A DNA stretch of 22,958 nucleotides. It comes from a candidate division WOR-3 bacterium (GTDB taxonomy: Bacteria > Hydrothermota > Tepidihabitantia > SM23-42 > JAOAFX01). The translations under genes were made by a program, and so were the position numbers. Of this stretch, positions 1-6,574 are shown one piece after another. The notes beneath the pieces were generated by a model. It had not been told where the DNA came from and did no database searches. It worked only from the letters and a program-made list of their open reading frames with translations. The DNA lies in NCBI GenBank assembly GCA_039802265.1, contig JBDRWI010000038.1, positions 1 to 22,958 on the forward strand. The letters run 5' to 3'. Positions within the stretch are counted from its first letter, which is position 1; every line of letters starts with the position of its first letter.

Positions 1-585
1 TTCAATATCAAACGGGTTGATGAGATAAGAAGTATTTACAGAATTGCTGCTGTTGAAACCGGTAATCAAATAGAATATGATACGATTGCCCGAGATGTAG
101 GCATATCAAGGAACACAGTTGCCGATTATTTCAACTGCCTTGAAAAGGCGTTTTTGATAAACATTCTTTATAACTATACAAAGAGCATGCGCAAAGGGTT
201 AAGGACGATAAAAAAAGGCTACGCCACAAGCACGAATTTCTCAGCAATGTTGAATAACATTACCGAGTCAAGTCCACAATTTAAAGAATGGTGTGGCCAT
301 TATGTGGAAACTTATGTAAAAAATATCCTTCATAATGAGTATGAAAGTGTCTTCTTTGTAAAAAGAAGAGATAAGGAATTAGATTTTCTAATAAAAAGCA
401 CTGGCGAACTTATCCCTGTTGAAGTAAAATATACTAATAAAATCACACAAAAAGAAATCAAAAATCTTTTATACTTTATGGAACAATTAGGCATTAATCG
501 TGGCTATGTTCTGACAAAGGCAAGTGTTGAGATGAAAAGGATTAACGACAAAGAAATTGTATTTGTTCCAGTGTGGATGTTATAA
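1..585 (+). CDS. ATP-binding protein, AAA_14/DUF4143 family (5' part outside window)
   Basis: Frame 1 is open from base 1: FNIKRVDEIRSIYRIAAVETGNQIEYDTIARDVGISRNTVADYFNCLEKAFLI (winged-helix part). It continues to G..VE..V and ELDFLI...IPVEVK (DUF4143, PD-(D/E)XK-like) and ends VPVWML. The 154 start in the ORF track is internal. Confidence 0.85.
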   Translation, partial: FNIKRVDEIRSIYRIAAVETGNQIEYDTIARDVGISRNTVADYFNCLEKAFLINILYNYTKSMRKGLRTIKKGYATSTNFSAMLNNITESSPQFKEWCGHYVETYVKNILHNEYESVFFVKRRDKELDFLIKSTGELIPVEVKYTNKITQKEIKNLLYFMEQLGINRGYVLTKASVEMKRINDKEIVFVPVWML

Positions 586-594
586 AGATTGATT

Positions 595-1197
595 ATGGAG
601 CTGGAAAAACAAAGATTGCGGGAAGAGATATGGAGATTGATGGAAGAAAAAAAGGTTGCGCGATTTCCATTGCCATTAAAAGACCGAATCCCCAATTTTG
701 AAGGCTCGGAAAAGGCAGCATATCTGCTTACCACACTACAAGAATGGAAAGATGCAAGGATAATCTTTGCCAATCCTGACTATGCCCAGAAGCCGGTGAG
801 GGAATTGTGTCTTAAACAGGGTAAAACTCTGATAATGGCGACGCCAAAACTTAAAGAAGGTTTTTTGAAGATTGAGCCACAAAAGGTCAAAGGTAATGAA
901 GCAGAGGCATCTACAATTGCCGGTGCATTCAAGTATGGAATTAAAATAAAAGAACTCATAAAACCCGATTTTATCATCACCGGGTGTGTTGCGGTTGATA
1001 AAGAGGGCTGGAGATTAGGTAAGGGTGGCGGTTATGGAGATAGGGAGATTTCAATGCACCTTGAGAAGTTCGGCAAAATCCCTGTCGCAACGACGCTCCA
1101 TGAATTACAGATTGTTGATAGAGTGCCACATAATGAATATGATACAAAAGTAGATTACATTGTGACACCTGCCCGAATAGTGAGATTATATAGATAA
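595..1197 (+). CDS. 5-formyltetrahydrofolate cyclo-ligase family protein, archaeal/MTHFSD-like subtype
   Basis: KQRLREEIW start, RIPNFEG, ANPDYAQKPVRE, MATPKLKEGF, G(W)RLGKGGGYGDRE, D.KVDYIVTP. ATG at 595 preferred over TTG at 589. Confidence 0.85.
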   Translation: MELEKQRLREEIWRLMEEKKVARFPLPLKDRIPNFEGSEKAAYLLTTLQEWKDARIIFANPDYAQKPVRELCLKQGKTLIMATPKLKEGFLKIEPQKVKGNEAEASTIAGAFKYGIKIKELIKPDFIITGCVAVDKEGWRLGKGGGYGDREISMHLEKFGKIPVATTLHELQIVDRVPHNEYDTKVDYIVTPARIVRLYR

Positions 1198-1205
1198 AAT
1201 TTTGC

Positions 1206-1233
1206 TTGACACCCCAGCTTCTTTGAATAAAAT
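1206..1233 (+). promoter_or_regulatory. sigma70-type promoter, leaderless configuration
   Basis: TTGACA (1206-1211), 16 bp, TAAAAT (1228-1233), 6 nt, ATG at 1240; no SD. Confidence 0.75.
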
Positions 1234-1239
1234 AGCAAT

Positions 1240-1530
1240 ATGAAGATTATCTGCCGGTGTGAAGATATTATTGAAGAAGAGATAGTTCAGAAGATAAAAG
1301 AGGGCTACCACACAATGGATGAACTAAAGAGAATCTTACGGGTAACCATGGGATTGTGTCAGGGCAGAGGCTGCAGGAGGCATATTGCGAGAATTCTATC
1401 TCGGGAATTGAAGATTCCGATTGAAAAGATAAAACAACCAACCTATAGACCGCCAACAAAACCCATACCGATTGGTGCCTGCGTTAATAAATCCCAAACA
1501 AATTCTTCCCGAAAAAACAAATACCAATAG
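1240..1530 (+). CDS. BFD-like (2Fe-2S)-binding protein (sarcosine oxidase alpha / proline dehydrogenase-type small subunit)
   Basis: IICRCEDI...ELKRILRVTMGLCQGRGC...RPP.KPI motif. Confidence 0.85.
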   Translation: MKIICRCEDIIEEEIVQKIKEGYHTMDELKRILRVTMGLCQGRGCRRHIARILSRELKIPIEKIKQPTYRPPTKPIPIGACVNKSQTNSSRKNKYQ

Positions 1531-1569
1531 ATAATGGATTTTAATTGCTTGATTTGCCAAATAATTTGA

Positions 1570-2211
1570 ATGCAAGACAAGTTGAATATCCTCGATTTAG
1601 GTAAGAGAGACTATAAGCAAGTCTGGGATATCCAAAAAGAACTGCATGAAAAAAGGGTCAATGATGAAATTTGTGACACCCTCATTCTTGTAGAACATAA
1701 TCCAGTTGTTACAATAGGAAGATCGGGGAAAATGGAAAATATCAGGATACCAATAGGATTGTTGAAAGAAAGGGGAATTGATTTTTATCAGATTGAAAGG
1801 GGGGGAGATGTTACCTTCCACGGTCCCGGTCAACTGGTTGGTTATCCAATTTTTAATATAAAACAGGGACTTGCTGGAATAAGGGTTTTTATTGAAAAGA
1901 TCGAAGATGTTATTATTGGTGTACTATCTGATTTCACTATAAAGGCACAAAAAAAGGAAAAAATGATCGGTGTCTGGGTTGGTGAAAAGAAGATATGTTC
2001 AATTGGTATCGCGGTAAGAAATTGGGTCAGTTTTCATGGTTTTGCCCTTAATGTAAATAACGATTTAAAGTTCTTTGACCTGATCAACCCCTGTGGTTTT
2101 AAAGATATAGTTATGACCTCTATGCAAGAAATTCTGAAAGAAGAAATACCAATGATTGATGTAAAAGACAGTGTAGTAAAGAATTTCGGCAAAATTTTTA
2201 ACGTAAAATAA
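1570..2211 (+). CDS. lipB: Lipoyl(octanoyl) transferase LipB
   Basis: EHNPVVTIG, RGGDVTFHGPGQLVGYPI, KKICSIGI, SFHGFALNV, INPCG. Confidence 0.95.
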   Translation: MQDKLNILDLGKRDYKQVWDIQKELHEKRVNDEICDTLILVEHNPVVTIGRSGKMENIRIPIGLLKERGIDFYQIERGGDVTFHGPGQLVGYPIFNIKQGLAGIRVFIEKIEDVIIGVLSDFTIKAQKKEKMIGVWVGEKKICSIGIAVRNWVSFHGFALNVNNDLKFFDLINPCGFKDIVMTSMQEILKEEIPMIDVKDSVVKNFGKIFNVK

Positions 2212-2218
2212 AACTAAA

Positions 2219-2944
2219 ATGAGAAACAGAAAAAAAATCCTCGGGTTTATGGGGATTGTGGTTTTTGCGCTGTTTATAATTCTGATTTCTATAATTTTTA
2301 TAAAAAATTTTGGTGCGGTTGTTGAAAATCCAGTTGAGATTAGAAAGATAATGACTAACTATGGCATCTGGGCATACCTGTTATATTTTCTCCTTTATGT
2401 CTTTCAAATATTTTTTGCACCGGTTCCGGGTACGGTACTCAATATCGCCTCCGGGATGCTATTTGGTCCATTAAAGGGCTTCTTGCTTTCTTGGGCAGGG
2501 GCAATTACTGGTGGTTTTCTGGCAATGGTTATTGTCCGTTACTTGGGGAGGAAAATTTTGTACTTCTTCTTAGAAGAAAAGAAAGTAGAATTTGAAAAAC
2601 AGATAACAAAAAGAGGGCTACCACTTATAATCTTTCTGGCAATCTTCCCTAACCCTGTGGGCGATGGAATATTTTATCTGGCTGGTTTGACCAACATACC
2701 ATTAAAGATTTTAACTGGTATTATCGGGTTATGTAGAATACCCGGAATTTTGGTATATGTAATTGCTGGAGATAAAATAATGACCAGTGGTATAAAGGGC
2801 TGGATTATTGGGGGTGGAGGCTTTATAATAGCGATGCTTTTTTATTTTATCTTTAAACAGAAACTGGAAAATTTAGTTGAACGGATAGTAGTGAAGACCC
2901 AACTTAACGCCGTATCCACTAACCGCCAAACAGGGCATCAATAA
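2219..2944 (+). CDS. TVP38/TMEM64 (DedA/VTT, SNARE-associated) membrane protein
   Basis: Several TM segments; FAPVPG...ASGMLFGP..G...SW.G...G; RYLGR; YLAGLT.I. The 3' end overlaps convergent ftsY by 26 nt. Confidence 0.85.
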   Translation: MRNRKKILGFMGIVVFALFIILISIIFIKNFGAVVENPVEIRKIMTNYGIWAYLLYFLLYVFQIFFAPVPGTVLNIASGMLFGPLKGFLLSWAGAITGGFLAMVIVRYLGRKILYFFLEEKKVEFEKQITKRGLPLIIFLAIFPNPVGDGIFYLAGLTNIPLKILTGIIGLCRIPGILVYVIAGDKIMTSGIKGWIIGGGGFIIAMLFYFIFKQKLENLVERIVVKTQLNAVSTNRQTGHQ

Positions 2945-3752
2945 AATCTTTAGGATTGAATTCAATCAAGTCTTCAATACCTTCACCGATTCCCAGATAT
3001 AAAACCGGCACCTTTAACTCATTGCAAATCGGGATGATTGCCCCACCTTTTGCTGTGCCATCAAATTTTGTTAAGACAAGGCCATTTATGCCCAATTCCT
3101 GAGTGAATATTCTTGCTTGCTGGATTGAATTCTGCCCTAATGTAGCATCAATTGTTAAAAGATTAAAATCCGGACCGGTTGGTTTCAGTTTTGTAATAAC
3201 CCTTTTTATCTTTTTCAGTTCCTCCATTAAATCGGCCCGGGTATGCAATCGGCCGGCTGTATCAATTAAAACACTCTCAATCTTTCTTTTTATCGCCTTC
3301 GCGATGGCGTCGTAAACCACCGCCCCTGCATCCTGCCCCTTTTGTGAACGAACAATCTCTACATTTGTCCTCTTTGCCCAGATTTCAAGTTGTTCGGAGG
3401 CAGCATCGCGATAGGTATCGGCGCAGGCCAATAGTACCGTCCCTTTTCTTTGATACAGGTGAGCAAGTTTAGCAACTGTGGTCGTCTTGCCTGACCCATT
3501 CACGCCGCAGACCATTATAATCGTGGGCTTTTCCTGAGAAATCTGCGGTGCTGGTAAATTTATGAGATTATAGATTTCTTGTTTTAATTTATCAGGACTT
3601 GATTTTATCTTTTCTAATATTTCGCTGGTATATTTTATCCCGACATCGGCTTCAATCAGAACCCTTTCAATAGTCTTTAAATCCGCTAATTTGGTCTTGC
3701 TAAATAAGTCTATCAGCCGTCCTAGGGCACCGCTCAGTTTAGAAGCAAACAC
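2919..3752 (-). CDS. ftsY: SRP receptor FtsY (NG-only, no acidic A domain)
   Basis: LIEADVG, GVNGSGKTTTVAKLA, DTYR.AA.EQL, DTAGRLHT, TKFDGTAKGG, G.GE..EDL..F. GTG start. Confidence 0.95.
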   Translation of the reverse strand: MFASKLSGALGRLIDLFSKTKLADLKTIERVLIEADVGIKYTSEILEKIKSSPDKLKQEIYNLINLPAPQISQEKPTIIMVCGVNGSGKTTTVAKLAHLYQRKGTVLLACADTYRDAASEQLEIWAKRTNVEIVRSQKGQDAGAVVYDAIAKAIKRKIESVLIDTAGRLHTRADLMEELKKIKRVITKLKPTGPDFNLLTIDATLGQNSIQQARIFTQELGINGLVLTKFDGTAKGGAIIPICNELKVPVLYLGIGEGIEDLIEFNPKDFIDALFGG

Positions 3753-3768
3753 ACTAATTTCCCCAATT

Positions 3769-4352
3769 TTATATCTTTAGAATCTTCACTACTTTTGTAT
3801 ATTCCTTCTTTTCACCTGACCAGCCTTCAAGTTTAAGAAAATAGACACCCCTGGCAAGATTTTTACTATAGGTTATTGAATGGTAGCCGGGTGTAATGTT
3901 CCCATCAAAGATTCTATCAACCAGCCTGCCGGTGATATCATAAAGTAATAATTTTATTCGAGAATCGACCTGAATTGTCAGTTTTATATTTCTAGCCTTT
4001 GAGAAAGGATTGGGCAGGGATCTTTCTATCCACTGGACATTCCATACCTGAGAGGCCGCCTCAATTGTCTGTGGAAGAATCACAAATGTATCACTAACAC
4101 CATAGGCCTCTATATTGGCTGAATTTATTATCCTCACAATCGCTGGATTCGTTGGCGTATTTGGAATCTTCCACACATAGTATCAATTATTAATAACATT
4201 GCTGGTGAATAGTACCAAGTTCCTGTGGATTGGATGTTTATTTCCGACGGTCCGGTCTCCCTGCCATTAGATGTAGCAATAATTAAATTCTGAGCACCAA
4301 CAGACATCACGCTTATAATGATGCACAATAAAATAAATCTCATTTTTTCCAT
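3769..4352 (-). pseudogene. Disrupted secreted protein with an Ig-like domain and a T9SS type A (Por secretion tail)-like C-terminal domain
   Basis: Signal peptide in one frame, frameshift near 4254, in-frame TGA at 4183-4185, then YYVWKIPNTPT...SDTFVI and the tail PNPF...LYDITGRLV...L..GVYFLKL. Confidence 0.75.
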
Positions 4353-4369
4353 ATTATTTCTATTACAAT

Positions 4370-4397
4370 ATTATAACAACTTTTTATCCTCTGTCAA
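4370..4397 (-). promoter_or_regulatory. sigma70-type promoter inside the 3' end of the upstream CDS
   Basis: TTGACA (4397-4392), 16 bp, TATAAT (4375-4370), with an extended -10 TGn; 17 nt before ATG 4352. Confidence 0.75.
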
Positions 4398-5339
4398 TAC
4401 TTTTTTATAAATTAGCAATAATAGTAATAGTAAAGCGGTTAGGGGTATTAAAACATAGCCAAGGGGAAGGAAATGGGAATCATGGGTATTAAACCAGTAA
4501 ATATCAAAAGAAGCATAGGCCACAATTATTTGAATAAGTGAAATCATAATTATCAAAAGATAAACCGGCATTGCATTACGGTATTTATCTCTCATAGCAA
4601 AGAATGAAATTACGCATATTATCATAATTATTACCTGGGGAATGATTCCGAAATAAAGAAATGAAACCTTATTACCCCATCCGTCAGGATTTCCGTTTGC
4701 ATCAAAATGGGTTGCAATTTTATCGGGAAGTTGTGGATAAAGGAGAATAGCCATAATCAAGGTTAGGGCGAAGATCGTATCCGGAATTAATAGTATCAAT
4801 GGGCTTGCCTTCATTTTTATGGGTTCAACCTTAGAAACCTCTTTAATCAATGTTGTGCCAGTAGTTGACTCAAACCATTCTAATAACCGTTCGGGTTTTT
4901 CCGGCGATACTGCATAATATCCTTTTTTGGATTTTATAATCAAGATTTTTTTCAACCTCGTTAATTGACAGTTAATGTTGCCATAATCTTTCGTAGTATA
5001 TACCCCGTAATAGCCAAATAATCCACCATTGCCCATTGACCTAATGGGTTTTAATTTATAAAAATCTTCTATTTCAAATATGCCTTCTATTTCATTCATA
5101 GGAATTGAAATCTTTTTACCAATGAATTTTTCAATTACGAAATACCCACCTTGTATATAATAATTCTTGGGGCTCAAAAGATAGCTGATTAAAACTATGG
5201 AAATCATTAATAAAGCAAAAACCGATCCATAAGGTATGCGGTTTAATATAAAGAAGAAAGATAAGCCGATTAATAATACACTTGTTATTATTGATATTAT
5301 CATTGATAATGTATCAAGCCTTGCTGGTCTAAACTCCAT
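4371..5339 (-). CDS. Membrane protein with an N-terminal bacterial PH-like domain and a C-terminal DUF1648 domain
   Basis: Two TMs, then R..GNGGLFGYYG (bacterial PH-like). YPQLPDKIATHFDANGNPDGWG.K is the DUF1648 signature. ATG at 5339; alternative GTG at 5345 overlaps the upstream stop. Confidence 0.75.
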   Translation of the reverse strand: MEFRPARLDTLSMIISIITSVLLIGLSFFFILNRIPYGSVFALLMISIVLISYLLSPKNYYIQGGYFVIEKFIGKKISIPMNEIEGIFEIEDFYKLKPIRSMGNGGLFGYYGVYTTKDYGNINCQLTRLKKILIIKSKKGYYAVSPEKPERLLEWFESTTGTTLIKEVSKVEPIKMKASPLILLIPDTIFALTLIMAILLYPQLPDKIATHFDANGNPDGWGNKVSFLYFGIIPQVIIMIICVISFFAMRDKYRNAMPVYLLIIMISLIQIIVAYASFDIYWFNTHDSHFLPLGYVLIPLTALLLLLLLIYKKVLTEDKKLL

Positions 5340-5341
5340 AA

Positions 5342-6574
5342 TCACTCCAGGTCAACAAGAAACCTCTTTGCCGCATTTTCAAGTGCCTCCGCGCAAGAAC
5401 GCTGGAGTCTCATTGCCTCCTCAAGTGCCTCATTCAGATAAATCCGCCCCGTGAACCATTCTTGAGTCTTAGGTTCAGTTCGGGCAAATTCAAGCTGGGC
5501 AATTATATCACTATAGCCTGGATTTTTTTTAAGGAAATCCTTAAATTCTGGTAATTTTATCGTGCTCAGCCTTGTCGGCAGATAATAACTCCCGGAAGTC
5601 CAGCGCAATTGATTATCAGGTTGCAAAAACCACCTGATAAATTCCCAGGCGAGTTCTTTCTGCTTTTGGTTTGCATTTTTAAACATACCGATATTTGTAC
5701 CGGCGATGATAACTGAATTCTTTTTGCCCTGGGGAAATGGAGCAACCCCCATTTCAAATCTGGCGCGGTCCTTCAAAAATGCCCAGGAAACAATTGAAGC
5801 CGGAATTATTGCTACATTTCCGCTTAAAAATTCATCCTGACGCTGAAATCCGGGATTTAAATAGAAGAGGCTGTCCCGAATAAGTTCGACAATGTATGTT
5901 AATACCCTGACACCGATTGTATCGTTAAACATTGGTTTTTTGGATTTATATTCGTACAACTCCCCTCCTTCCTGATAGACCATTGAGGCAAAATACCAGA
6001 CATCGATTGGCCAGGAAGTAGGCCATATTTTTGTTGATTTCAATTTTTCGCAGACCTTACGAAATTCTAACCAGTTTACGGGGAAATTTGAAATACCTAA
6101 AGAATCAAAGAGGCTTTTATTGTAGTAAAAGACAGGCAGACTTTTATTAAACGGCAAGGTAACTATTGTGGAATCGTAAGTATTGTCTTCAATGAAAACT
6201 GGATAGAAATCTTTAAGATCAAAAGAGGTATCTTCAGTGATGAAATTTTGAAGGGGCTCAAGAAAACCCGCTTCGTAAAACTGATCGGTCCAGGATTCAT
6301 ACATCTGAGCAATGGTGGGAGGTGAATTTGAGGCAATCGCACCCATCAATTTCTGGGCAAGGGCATCATAAGACCCCATCTGAACACCTATTATCTCACC
6401 CTCGGGGTGAATTTTATTAAAATGGGCAATCATCTCATCAAGCCTTCTCCCAATCGGCCCGCCCATCACATGCCAGAAATAAACTGTGGTTTTCTGCCTA
6501 CTGGAGCATCCCGGTGCCAGCAGGAGGATACAAAAAAGTTTCGTTGCCAACGGAAAAATACGCCCGTTCACCAT
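5342..6574 (-). CDS. ABC transporter substrate-binding lipoprotein (sugar/glycerol-3-phosphate, UgpB-like family 1)
   Basis: Lipobox-like LLAPGC; FWH.MGG; LPFNKS.PVFYYNK.LF; P.NW.EF; AWEFIRW; W...S.YLP.R.S. Confidence 0.9.
   Translation of the reverse strand: MVNGRIFPLATKLFCILLLAPGCSSRQKTTVYFWHVMGGPIGRRLDEMIAHFNKIHPEGEIIGVQMGSYDALAQKLMGAIASNSPPTIAQMYESWTDQFYEAGFLEPLQNFITEDTSFDLKDFYPVFIEDNTYDSTIVTLPFNKSLPVFYYNKSLFDSLGISNFPVNWLEFRKVCEKLKSTKIWPTSWPIDVWYFASMVYQEGGELYEYKSKKPMFNDTIGVRVLTYIVELIRDSLFYLNPGFQRQDEFLSGNVAIIPASIVSWAFLKDRARFEMGVAPFPQGKKNSVIIAGTNIGMFKNANQKQKELAWEFIRWFLQPDNQLRWTSGSYYLPTRLSTIKLPEFKDFLKKNPGYSDIIAQLEFARTEPKTQEWFTGRIYLNEALEEAMRLQRSCAEALENAAKRFLVDLE

Noticed and set aside
4183..4185. 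In-frame TGA as selenocysteine or genetic code 25 (TGA=Gly)
   Set aside because: TGA ends conserved genes in this window at their normal C-termini (iorB, pheT, Omp85). There is no redox motif context, and a separate frameshift shows decay.
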